Origin: a virus
Taxonomy: Duplodnaviria; Heunggongvirae; Uroviricota; Caudoviricetes
Virus record (IMG/VR): IMGVR_UViG_3300028888_001839
Span: 57,001-121,000 of that record
DNA length: 64,000 nucleotides
Strand: one strand, 5' to 3'
The first letter of the stretch is position 1, and each line of letters begins with the position of its first letter. The translations under genes were made by a program, and so were the position numbers. Under the pieces are notes generated by a model, which made no database searches, had not been told where the DNA came from, and worked only from the letters and a program-made list of their open reading frames with translations. This document shows, piece by piece, positions 29,978 through 39,014 of the stretch.

Positions 29978-30928
29978 ATGGCTAGGCGAATACTCTCCAC
30001 GTATCTAGGAAAGCTGCACAAGCTGAGCAACAATCCCCGAACGATAAGCGACGGGAGCTTTACGATGCTCATGGAAAGCCTGCTGCGGAAGGATGAGGGC
30101 GGCAAGGGCGACATCGAGATGCTTCGTGCGAATCCGATTGTCGTGTGGATGGTTCCGAGCGAACTGCCGTCAGAGAGGGAAGACTGGCCGTGGGAGGGGC
30201 AGGAAGGGAAACTGGTTGTCCTTTCTGGGAATCAGCGGTACGATGCCTTGGTGGAGATGGGGTACGAGAAGATTCCCGACGAATGGCTAGCGGTTGGGAA
30301 GTATGCGGACGGGAACTGGTGGAGCCCCGAACATGCGGAACGGTTCATCCTGTTGGCGAACAGTCCGGAGGGAGTGAGCGGAGAGACGGACTACGACAAG
30401 CTGGTGGAGAAGTTCAATGCCGAATGCCTCAAGGCGGTCGGGATGGATTTCGCACAGACCCCGATAGATTTTCAGGAGCGGATGGCGGAGCCAGTAGAGG
30501 ACGAAGTTGAGCAGGGGGAGCACGGGGAGGAAGACCAGGAACTCAAGGACTTCAAGAAGCGGCGGGAGGACAGCCGAGGGAATCTCGAAGAGATACTTGA
30601 CATGGGCTTCTACGACGTGGTGGTTTGGGAGACCCACGACCAGAAGATGCTCTTCAACGAGTTCCTTAAGGAGAAGTTCGGGGTAGAGGCGAACCGAGAC
30701 ATATTCATCAACGGTTTTCGGCTTTCGGAGGCGCTGGGGAAGAAGATAGAGTACAGCGGGTTGAAGTTTCCCGACGGGAAGCCGAGCAAGGCGCTGCAGG
30801 AGATGGCGATGGACGGCACGGAGTTCGGGTGGGAGACGAACGGCGGAGAGATGCCCGAAGGGACGGAGCCCGACGAGGAGGAAGAGGGGAAGGTCGAGGA
30901 CGGGAGCGGGATAGACGGGGTGATATAG
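29978..30928 (+). CDS. ParB/Srx-like N-terminal domain protein
   Basis: NNPRTIS...PIVV...VLSGNQRYDAL motif. Confidence 0.7.
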   Translation: MARRILSTYLGKLHKLSNNPRTISDGSFTMLMESLLRKDEGGKGDIEMLRANPIVVWMVPSELPSEREDWPWEGQEGKLVVLSGNQRYDALVEMGYEKIPDEWLAVGKYADGNWWSPEHAERFILLANSPEGVSGETDYDKLVEKFNAECLKAVGMDFAQTPIDFQERMAEPVEDEVEQGEHGEEDQELKDFKKRREDSRGNLEEILDMGFYDVVVWETHDQKMLFNEFLKEKFGVEANRDIFINGFRLSEALGKKIEYSGLKFPDGKPSKALQEMAMDGTEFGWETNGGEMPEGTEPDEEEEGKVEDGSGIDGVI

Positions 30929-31038
30929 GATGGGCATGGGAGCGGCACACATCCCTGAAAGTAAGGCTTGGCATGGTGTAAGCGGTCTGGAGCGGGTGCG
31001 CCGGGGCGCGACACGTTTCACGCAAGGAGAAAAAAGCA

Positions 31039-31590
31039 ATGGCGACAAAGAAGAAAGCATCGACGGCAAAGAAGCCGAAGAAGTCCGCGAAGTGGGCGAA
31101 GAACGCCTCCGACTATGCGAAGAAGCAGGCGGCGAAAGCGAAAGCAAAATCCATTCTCATGAATCAAGAGGATGCATTTATTAAAAAAGGAAAGTCGAAG
31201 AGAATCAGAGATGTCGGGCAGAAGCCACCAAAAGGCTATATGCGGACTGGCGGCCTTTGGTTTGCAAAGATAGAGAATGCCAGACCGATTCGTACTCTTA
31301 CCACGATGCAGCAGAGAGGTTTGTTTTATGCTAACAAGCCTAAATTTCTTGGGACTAATGGGTCTGGAGGGTATCTTGGAAGCGCCGCCAATCAGGGGAT
31401 GTACAACGGAGAAACGAGCGAGGCGAACTTCCGCAAGACGGAGGGAGCACGTAAACTAATAGATGCCGACGGCGGCACATATGCACCTGGGTACAAGAAG
31501 CCAGACGGGAAGATAATCCATGCCGGCAAGAAGCAGGCGGCGAAGTCTCGCTACATCATGGCTATCGGGCAGGACGGCCACAAGAGATAG
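31039..31590 (+). CDS. Lys-rich basic protein
   Basis: AAGGAG SD; histone-like N-terminus MATKKKASTAKKPKK. Confidence 0.7.
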   Translation: MATKKKASTAKKPKKSAKWAKNASDYAKKQAAKAKAKSILMNQEDAFIKKGKSKRIRDVGQKPPKGYMRTGGLWFAKIENARPIRTLTTMQQRGLFYANKPKFLGTNGSGGYLGSAANQGMYNGETSEANFRKTEGARKLIDADGGTYAPGYKKPDGKIIHAGKKQAAKSRYIMAIGQDGHKR

Positions 31591-31615
31591 CTTTCACAAG
31601 ATCCGGGGCGGGAAT

Positions 31616-31659
31616 GGGCGGCGCCCATACGCGGGTGCGGTGGGCGTCCGTCCTTTTTA
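31616..31659 (+). terminator. Intrinsic terminator
   Basis: gggcggcgcccat/gtgggcgtccgtcc stem followed by TTTTT. Confidence 0.7.
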
Positions 31660-31688
31660 TGTTGGGCGAGAGGAGAGCGGCATAGAGT

Positions 31689-32570
31689 ATGACGTTACCG
31701 ATATACAGCACGGAAGCCACTGATTCGCTTTGTCGGGAGATAGCGAAGAAGAGCCACGGCACGATTTTTATAATGATGAGCCGTGGAAAGGACTCTCTTT
31801 GCGCCTATCTGCAGTGCCTGAAATACTTCAATCGCGTAATTCCTTTTCACTGTGCCACAGTCCCTGGGTATAGGTTTGCAGATGAGTATCTGGACTATCT
31901 CGAAGCGATGCTCAACACGAGGATTCTTCGGATGATGGGAGAGGACTTGAAGATGGCGCTCGTGCGGTACATCTACCAGGACACCCCTTGGGAGTGCGAC
32001 GTGATAGACCAGGTCATCCCCGACGTTGACTTCACGAAGCTGGACGTTCTCGAGTATCTGCGGATGAAGTTCAACCTTCCGAGGGTATGGTGCGCCGTTG
32101 GAATAAGCAAGAACGATTCCATAGACAGGCTGATCTACTGCCGCAAGACGGGCGGGAAGAACATGGGGAACAAGACGTTCTACCCTTGCTGGGACTGGCC
32201 GAGGGAGGAGATGCTTAATGCTATCACGGATGCGGGACTCGTGCTCGCGCCCGAATACAAGTACGTGAACAGGTCGATGGGCGGAGTGCCGTCCGCCACG
32301 TACAACAAGGTGATGATGGAGCATTTTCCGCAAGACTGGAAACTCACGAAGACGTGGTATCCGCTCGCGGAGGTCAAGAACGTCCGAGAGGAGATGATAG
32401 ATGCAAACTATCCGCTGTGGATGGAGCAGGAGGCAGCCAAGCGCGGAGGTCGCATGGATGGCGATACGAAGGTGGGGGAAGCGGGAGAAGGAGAATCCGA
32501 GGGAGGCGATGGCGAGGGTTCTGGCATGGTCATCCCGACTGACGAGGCAGTGGAATCCGAAGAGGAGTGA
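31689..32570 (+). CDS. PAPS-reductase-like adenine nucleotide alpha-hydrolase (PP-loop) protein
   Basis: SRGKDS PP-loop; GxxxNDSIDR; YPCWDW. Confidence 0.7.
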   Translation: MTLPIYSTEATDSLCREIAKKSHGTIFIMMSRGKDSLCAYLQCLKYFNRVIPFHCATVPGYRFADEYLDYLEAMLNTRILRMMGEDLKMALVRYIYQDTPWECDVIDQVIPDVDFTKLDVLEYLRMKFNLPRVWCAVGISKNDSIDRLIYCRKTGGKNMGNKTFYPCWDWPREEMLNAITDAGLVLAPEYKYVNRSMGGVPSATYNKVMMEHFPQDWKLTKTWYPLAEVKNVREEMIDANYPLWMEQEAAKRGGRMDGDTKVGEAGEGESEGGDGEGSGMVIPTDEAVESEEE

Positions 32571-33379
32571 CGCAGATGGAAGAGAGAACGGAGAGGAATC
32601 CGCTGGGAGATGCGGCTAACCCGATGATGCGCCCGTCCGTTGCGAGGGCGGTGAGGGAGATGAGGAGCCAGGCGCCGATGCGAGCGGCGAACGGAATCTT
32701 CAAGCACCCGTCCGAATGCACGGAAGAGGAGTACAACTTCATAGCGGACTGCCTGAAGAGGAACATACCGCTGTACACGATAGCGGGGCTGATACACTGC
32801 GAGAGGAGTTTCCTTTCGAGGTATATCAAGAAGCACCCCGAACTTCTGGAACTCAAGGAAGAGCAAGGCGAGAACATCGTTGACGAGGCGGAGTACCAGT
32901 TGGATCGTCTAAACAGGGCGGGGAACGCGAGCACAATCATATTCACCCTGCAGACGAAGGGGCGGAAGAGAGGGTGGACAACCGAGGACATAACGGGAGA
33001 TGGAGGCGGAAACGAGACGGAGCGGATAGTGATGGGCGTCATCCCCGACGAAGCCGTGAAGGAGGCGGAGGAGGAAATCGAGAAGGTGACGGGGGCGAAG
33101 CCTAATCCCGGCGGGGTGATGACCGACCCGATGGCGCTGGCCGCGATGGAGCAGATGGGGAAGGAAGTCAAGCAGTACGTTGACGATGCGGTGGAGGCCG
33201 CGAAGCCCAAGGCGATAGATGCGGATGCGGTGGATGTCGGGGAAGCCCCGTATGCTGGAGACAGCACAGTCGAGGCGGGGATGGAGTATGGGGCGAACGG
33301 ATTCGGGGCGGCGAATCCCGACATGGGAGCGGAGGCCGACCCGTGGGCGGAGGGCGGAGATTCGCCGTTCTTCCAGTAA
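32567..33379 (+). CDS. Putative terminase small subunit / HTH DNA-binding protein
   Basis: HTH-like segment then DEAEYQL...GNASTIIFTLQTKGRKRGW. Confidence 0.55.
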   Translation: MTQMEERTERNPLGDAANPMMRPSVARAVREMRSQAPMRAANGIFKHPSECTEEEYNFIADCLKRNIPLYTIAGLIHCERSFLSRYIKKHPELLELKEEQGENIVDEAEYQLDRLNRAGNASTIIFTLQTKGRKRGWTTEDITGDGGGNETERIVMGVIPDEAVKEAEEEIEKVTGAKPNPGGVMTDPMALAAMEQMGKEVKQYVDDAVEAAKPKAIDADAVDVGEAPYAGDSTVEAGMEYGANGFGAANPDMGAEADPWAEGGDSPFFQ

Positions 33380-33406
33380 TATGCTTGTCGGATGGGCTTG
33401 TTTCAA

Positions 33407-33841
33407 ATGGCTTTTAGAAAATGCAAGAAGTGCGGGAGGCGGTTCGAGTCCAAGGGGCCGGGCGACAGCTTCTGTTCGGATTTGTGCCGGATGACGGGAT
33501 TCTTCATAGGCGGGGGCGGAGACACCACGAAGCCCGGAGTTCCGCAGCCTGCGGCGGTCATCCCGCCGCCAAAGCCTCTGCGGGTGAAGAAGGACGACGA
33601 GAGGTTCGCGAGGGTCCGCCAGATGTTCGAGAAGCCCGCAGAGGAGAGATGGGCGATAGCCAAGGACTTCACCGAGGAGGAACGTGCCTATGCGAAGCGG
33701 CTGGCGAAGCGGCAGATGATGGAAGAGGTGCGGTTCATGCGGGAGTGGACATGGGAAGGATTCGCCGACGATGCGGACGATGCGGACAGCGGATGGGGCG
33801 GAGAAGGGATGCTGGGAGAATCGGACGACGGCAGCATTTAG
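33407..33841 (+). CDS. Zinc-ribbon protein
   Basis: CKKCGRRF...FCSDLC. Confidence 0.65.
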   Translation: MAFRKCKKCGRRFESKGPGDSFCSDLCRMTGFFIGGGGDTTKPGVPQPAAVIPPPKPLRVKKDDERFARVRQMFEKPAEERWAIAKDFTEEERAYAKRLAKRQMMEEVRFMREWTWEGFADDADDADSGWGGEGMLGESDDGSI

Positions 33842-33850
33842 AGGTGTGAG

Positions 33851-35107
33851 ATGGCGAGGAAGAAGTTCAAGTTCGTGGAGATGTTCATCAATCCCGCAAC
33901 GGGAGCGCCGTTCGAGGACACGGGTTCCCCGAAGGTTGTCACTCCAAATCACTTCCCTCCTTTCGTTGGACACCAGATAGCGAGGATTACCTACGAGGAG
34001 AAGGAGATAACCGACGTCCAGTATACCGTTGGCAAGGACGGAAAGGTCACGAAGGGCGAGGAGAAGAAGCGGAAGATACTCGTCGAGAAGATGGGAGAGA
34101 AGGGCGGATGGCTAGAGCAGACATCCAACCTTTCGCAGGACGGCAAGTGCTGGGTTGGGAGCGGCGGCATCGTGTGCGGCAACGGATTCGTGTGCGACGA
34201 CGTGGTTCTTTCGTCTGGCGAGGTCGGAGAGAATGCGAAGGTGGGCGGCAATGCCAAGATAGGCGGTGCGGTCGGCATCGGCGGCAATGCCTACGTGTAC
34301 GGCAAGGCGCAGATAGGCGGAAGCGGACGGATAGCCGTCAGCGGCACGGCGAGGGTGGAAGGGAAAGTCGAGGGAAGCGCCGTCGTGGATGGTAGCGCAT
34401 ACATTGGAGAGAAAGCTACAATCAAGGGCAAGGCCCACGTGACGGGGAACTCCAAGGTCATATCGGGGACGGTCGAGGGGAATGCGGTCGTGGAGGACTG
34501 CGCCACCGTGTACGGGACGGTGAAGGGAGATGCGAAGGTTTACTACGAGGCTATCATCCTGAAGACGGGGAAGGTTGAGGGAAAGGCGGTCGTGGAGTCT
34601 GGGATCATCGAGGGAACGGTGAAGGGGAACGTGCAGATAAACTACGGGCAGGCTTTCATAGGAGAGGGCGGAAGCGTCGAGGGGGCATCTAAACTGTCGG
34701 GCAACGTGTTCGTCAAGTGCGGAGTGAAGAACGGCGCGGAGATGAGCGCGAATGCATCCGCGATGGAGGGCGGGTCGGTGACTGGCGGCAAGATAGAGTC
34801 CAACGGCTCCGTGAAGGGCAAGTCTGAGCAGTGCGTTGTTGGTGGGGCTACGGTCATAGTGGGGAATGCGGGAGGGGCTTCGACATTTGCGGACGGATGC
34901 AGGGTTGGAGAGAGCGGAAACGCTGGGAGCGGAGCATATAGCGGAAGCGCCAACGTGGGAGGCTCTTCGCAGTCTCCGATGAGCGGCAATTCGGTCGTGG
35001 CCCCGGAGGCATCATCCTCGGTGAGTCTCAGCGGCAACATGGTGTTTCAGGAGCAGGGCGACCAGGAACCCGAAGGGGTGGCGGTCGTGTGCAAGGTGGA
35101 AGCATGA
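33851..35107 (+). CDS. Hexapeptide-repeat beta-helix protein (YdcK-like)
   Basis: GEKGGWLE...NLSQDGKCWV followed by VxGxAx repeats. Confidence 0.7.
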   Translation: MARKKFKFVEMFINPATGAPFEDTGSPKVVTPNHFPPFVGHQIARITYEEKEITDVQYTVGKDGKVTKGEEKKRKILVEKMGEKGGWLEQTSNLSQDGKCWVGSGGIVCGNGFVCDDVVLSSGEVGENAKVGGNAKIGGAVGIGGNAYVYGKAQIGGSGRIAVSGTARVEGKVEGSAVVDGSAYIGEKATIKGKAHVTGNSKVISGTVEGNAVVEDCATVYGTVKGDAKVYYEAIILKTGKVEGKAVVESGIIEGTVKGNVQINYGQAFIGEGGSVEGASKLSGNVFVKCGVKNGAEMSANASAMEGGSVTGGKIESNGSVKGKSEQCVVGGATVIVGNAGGASTFADGCRVGESGNAGSGAYSGSANVGGSSQSPMSGNSVVAPEASSSVSLSGNMVFQEQGDQEPEGVAVVCKVEA

Positions 35108-35114
35108 CGATTTC

Positions 35115-35159
35115 GGAGGGGCGGCAGTGTGCAGCCGCCTCTCCTTTATATTTTATTTC
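35115..35159 (+). terminator. Intrinsic terminator
   Basis: ggaggggcggc/gccgcctctcc stem followed by T-rich tail. Confidence 0.75.
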
Positions 35160-35179
35160 ATTAAAGTTGAATTGGCCCC

Positions 35180-35208
35180 TTGCAAGCCGAACATGCTTGT
35201 GGTATAAT
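35180..35208 (+). promoter_or_regulatory. Cassette promoter
   Basis: TTGCAA-17-TATAAT. Confidence 0.85.
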
Positions 35209-35239
35209 GTGCGGCGTCAAGGACAAGAAAGGACAACCA

Positions 35240-35770
35240 ATGAAAGAAGACAACAGCAACAGCGAAACCAAGAAGCCGAGAAAGATTCCGAACCAGAACT
35301 TGATTCCCGCATTCGGGATATACCACCCAAATGCCAAAGGCAACGGCAGCGCGATGTCCGTGCGGATGATGCCCGCCAAGCTCACCCAGACGGGATACGT
35401 GCAGATAGAGCTGGCCAAGCAGTTGACGGTCGGTGATGCGGAGCGCAAGGTGTTCCCCACGTTCAACTGGAAAGACAGGATCATCGTGCGAATCAATCCG
35501 ATCGAGGTGGCGGAAATCGTGCGATGCCTGCGAGGGATGACGGAGAGCATCCGCGACGGGGCGGGATTCGCCCACAAGACGGACGGAAGGGCTTCGAAGA
35601 TCACGATGGTGCATGTTGTGGAGCCAAAGCCGTGCTACCAGTTGAAGGTGATTAGCGAGACGATTGCGGGAGTGGACAGGGAAGTGGCCATCTATATCTA
35701 TAGCGCGGAGGCCACGGCTCTGGAGTGCGCCTTGTCCGCTTCGATGGGACGGCTCTGCTTCGGGGCCTGA
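35240..35770 (+). CDS. Whirly-like ssDNA/RNA-binding protein
   Basis: Colinear motifs IY...A.SV, GYVQIELA, FNWKD...PIEVAEI, FAH, IYI.SAE..L matching the Whirly pattern by eye. Confidence 0.55.
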   Translation: MKEDNSNSETKKPRKIPNQNLIPAFGIYHPNAKGNGSAMSVRMMPAKLTQTGYVQIELAKQLTVGDAERKVFPTFNWKDRIIVRINPIEVAEIVRCLRGMTESIRDGAGFAHKTDGRASKITMVHVVEPKPCYQLKVISETIAGVDREVAIYIYSAEATALECALSASMGRLCFGA

Positions 35771-35799
35771 AGAAAATAAAAAAATCTTCAATTACCCCC

Positions 35800-35828
35800 T
35801 TGCAAGCCATTCGGGGTTATGCTACAAT
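35800..35828 (+). promoter_or_regulatory. Cassette promoter
   Basis: TTGCAA-17-TACAAT; ttcccccgcgtggggga hairpin downstream. Confidence 0.85.
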
Positions 35829-35887
35829 ATGCGCCGTTCCCCCGCGTGGGGGAGTTCACAAGGACAACGACAAAGCAAGGACTGGCA

Positions 35888-36142
35888 ATGATAGCAACGA
35901 CCACAAAAAACGGAAAGTCCGTGCGGCTTAGCGCGGACTACCATCTGGACACCGAGCAGGTGTTCTACACGGTGTACTGCGCGGGATGCACCTTCGAGTT
36001 CAACGACTTCGCGCCCGCCGTCAGGGTGTACAAGGCGCTGAGCAACCGCATTGAGGCGGGAATGGCTTTCGACATCATGCTGCAGAATCTCGTGTCTGCC
36101 GCAAGGGCGATGGGATATGTCGTGCGAAAGGCGGTGGCGTGA
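35888..36142 (+). CDS. Hypothetical early protein
   Basis: After AAGGAC leader; ends RKAVA. Confidence 0.7.
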   Translation: MIATTTKNGKSVRLSADYHLDTEQVFYTVYCAGCTFEFNDFAPAVRVYKALSNRIEAGMAFDIMLQNLVSAARAMGYVVRKAVA

Positions 36143-36840
36143 TGGGCTGGACGACTTGCATGCACTCCTGCTACTGGAAGTACGACAAGAAGGGCAACCG
36201 CACGGTAGACCGCAAGGCCGAGCTCGATGCGCTCTTCACATGGGAGCGGAAGGAGCCGGTTGAATCCTACGGGCATGTCTATCCGCCGATGAAGGACACG
36301 GTACTCAAGTCCTCGATGGTCGGGAGCGTGTACTATGCGGCGGTGAAGAGGGAGCGGCCCGGCAAGGAGCCGGAGGTGTGGGCGGCGATATGCCTTACCC
36401 ATGGACGTGGGCGCGACGGTTCCGTGTGGGGCTACAAGGACATGTGCGAGTCCATGATGCCGTACTATTACGACTGCCCCGCAGGGATTCTCGCCATGCT
36501 CACGCCTACGGACAATGATGATGCTAACAAGTGGCGGGAGGAGTGCCGCAAGAAGATCGCCCGAAAGGCGGAGGAGCGCAAGAACGGTCCGAAACAGCCT
36601 TTTGTGCCGATGGGCGTCTCCGTGACGCAGAAGGGGCATTCGTGGATAATCACGAGCGATGCCTACCGCCAGAAGGTGAACTACCGCTATTGCGGGGTGA
36701 AGTTCTCTAAGGCGAGGTGGCGCGACATTGACAATGCGATGCTCCGTTTCCTCGAAGAGTACGGGACGAAGGAGCAGAAGGCTGAGTTCGCCGCTAGCGG
36801 ACGGGCTTGCCCCGCAGACTGGAAGGGGGCGGCGGCATGA
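36139..36840 (+). CDS. DUF6927-like protein
   Basis: MGWT...VGSVYYAA...GYKDMCESMMPYYYDCP...LT...ANKWRE. Confidence 0.65.
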   Translation: MMGWTTCMHSCYWKYDKKGNRTVDRKAELDALFTWERKEPVESYGHVYPPMKDTVLKSSMVGSVYYAAVKRERPGKEPEVWAAICLTHGRGRDGSVWGYKDMCESMMPYYYDCPAGILAMLTPTDNDDANKWREECRKKIARKAEERKNGPKQPFVPMGVSVTQKGHSWIITSDAYRQKVNYRYCGVKFSKARWRDIDNAMLRFLEEYGTKEQKAEFAASGRACPADWKGAAA

Positions 36841-37094
36841 TCATCGACGTGATTCTCGACAGGAAGGATGCGGAGGAGGACGGCGACGCGACATCCTACA
36901 ACCCTGACGAAGCAATGCTGGATTTACTAGATTATGCTATCACCTTCGGATATGGCTATGTTCGGGAAGCGATTGGGAGCGGTGATGAGGAGAAGATGAA
37001 GACGGCCCTCGTCCGATATGTGACGGAAGAGTACGGCGATAACACAGACATAAAGGAGTATGTCCGCTCCGTGGACTGGCTCCCGAAAAAGTGA
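36837..37094 (+). CDS. Hypothetical protein
   Basis: ATGA coupling; MIIDVILDRKD. Confidence 0.65.
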   Translation: MIIDVILDRKDAEEDGDATSYNPDEAMLDLLDYAITFGYGYVREAIGSGDEEKMKTALVRYVTEEYGDNTDIKEYVRSVDWLPKK

Positions 37095-37113
37095 AAAAGT
37101 TTTGATTACCCAC

Positions 37114-37142
37114 TTGCAAGCCGACCGTAGGTATGGTATACT
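37114..37142 (+). promoter_or_regulatory. Cassette promoter
   Basis: TTGCAA-17-TATACT. Confidence 0.85.
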
Positions 37143-37255
37143 ATGTCCCGTCAAGCCCATGGTGGGCGGACAAACAAGGACAACGACAAGGACAAGGACT
37201 AGACAATGAAGAAACTGATTGAATCCATTCAACCGACACGTAAGGAGGACGGACG

Positions 37256-37771
37256 ATGAGCGCATTCATGGTAAACAACCGAACCCTCACAAAGATAGCC
37301 AAGTACATGGAGGCTTGTGCCAACTATCAGATTGGCAAGGCCCCTGGGCTGTCCGAACTTGAACTTAAGGGGGACTTCAAGCAATACCTGCAGGAACAGG
37401 GGCTTGTGGACAAGACGGGGATGTTCTCCGCTTCGCTGATTCATGGGTATCTCTTCGACAAGAACCGCAAGGCGATTGTGGCGAGGTATGGGGAGGACGA
37501 GCGGATGATGGGGACGTCCCTACCGATGGAGGACGGAGGGACGGCTATCGACATAGCCAAGGAATCCCGCAAGGAGTGGCTTGCGAATCTGTACACGGTG
37601 TGCCGCTGCTACCTCTACCAGATTGAGGAGGGAAACTATCAGGACGATGAGTTCTACTGGCTCTTCAATGAGTGGATTGGGCAGATGGCGGCAATACTGG
37701 CGGAGTATGTGGTGAATGAGGTTCGTCCGTACAAGGTTGGAGAGCCGTACAAGAGCTGGGAAGAGTTCTAA
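37256..37771 (+). CDS. Conserved phage hypothetical protein
   Basis: AAGGAGG SD; MSAFMV...ARY...CYLYQ. Confidence 0.75.
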   Translation: MSAFMVNNRTLTKIAKYMEACANYQIGKAPGLSELELKGDFKQYLQEQGLVDKTGMFSASLIHGYLFDKNRKAIVARYGEDERMMGTSLPMEDGGTAIDIAKESRKEWLANLYTVCRCYLYQIEEGNYQDDEFYWLFNEWIGQMAAILAEYVVNEVRPYKVGEPYKSWEEF

Positions 37772-38606
37772 AAATTTGCGGCATGGTGCCGTGAAAGCCG
37801 CTGGGGACTTCGAGTAGTGTTCCTCGGCGGCTTAGTTGTACCCCGAAATCCCGCGAAATTCGCCCCTTCCTGCTCTTCCGAGGGCGTGAGGGGTATCGTC
37901 TATCATCCTGACCGCTCGGAGGGCAAGAAGAGCCGTTCAAGCCGCCTAAAATCAAATGCTAGGTTTTTGGGGAGGTGTGGGGCAACGGCTACGATGCCGA
38001 AACAGGGGGCTAGGAAGCCGCAGGAGAGCGAGGAAGGGCTTGGAGGCATGGGAGTGCCATCCTAACCGAATGGAGGGCTTGTGGAGGCTCTGATGCCCGA
38101 ATCCGTGAGGGGTGTGGGAGCTAAAGCCGTGGAGGGAGAAAAAGAGCGGTTTTCGGGATGCCGATTTTTGGGGAGGGTCTTCTCGCGCGTGGGCGTCGCG
38201 CGCATAGATGACGGAGACTCTTTTTAAGAAGTAGCGAATGGTTAATAACTACTTGAACTTACATAATATGCGGTAGGGAGGGGTTTGAAGGGGTGTATTG
38301 GGGAGGGGTGACGGATAGTAACACTACTATAGTATTTCTTTATAGGGGTACATAGGGGGAAGTTTCTTTGACGGGGAGGGGAGAGAGGGGGAACTTTAAG
38401 GGAAAACTTAAAAAGCGGGTTGATAGGTAGATTTTCGGGGATAACTAAAAACGGAAAGCTCACTGCAGGAAATTTATTTTCAATTATAGGGCATGAGACT
38501 CGTGCTTTTTAGAAGATTGTTTTTTCAATTATAGTGTTTTTTTCGGCAAAATCCTACAAAAATGTCGTAAAAATGGGTTGTAGTTTACATAACAACACCG
38601 ATTTTT

Positions 38607-38820
38607 CTGCTAAAAATGGAACTAGAATTTCTGCTAAGCGTCCTGCTAAGCGTTCTGCTAGAAAATGGAGATTTTATGCGACATTTATATTATCGTTTGT
38701 AGATTAAAAAAGTGTATCGTTTTTCAGTTATAGCGATTAAAGTTGACATAACAGTGCTAAAATTCCTGCTAAGAGTTCTGCTACGGAATTTGCTACCTGT
38801 TTTGCTATGCGGTTTGCTAA
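38607..38820. repeat. Two arrays of 12-bp-phased TGCTA repeats (iteron-like)
   Basis: TGCTA at 38608, 38632, 38644, 38656 and 38755, 38767, 38779, 38791, 38803, 38815. Confidence 0.8.
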
Positions 38821-38913
38821 ACATCCGTGATATTATGCGACATTGTGTAAACGACCCTTTTTCGGGGCTTTTGGATGGGTTGAAAATTTTTTAACTTTTT
38901 TCTCAATACCCCC

Positions 38914-38942
38914 TTGCAAGCCGACCGAATGTGTGGTACAAT
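38914..38942 (+). promoter_or_regulatory. Cassette promoter
   Basis: TTGCAA-17-TACAAT. Confidence 0.85.
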
Positions 38943-39014
38943 ATGCGGCGTCTTGCGGGACAAGGGTTCCGAGAGACACCCAACAAGGACAAAGACAAAC
39001 AAGGACTAAAGACA

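Noticed and set aside
38700-38894. TGCTA arrays as a repeat-protein gene
   Set aside because: Frames inspected give only short ORFs without RBS
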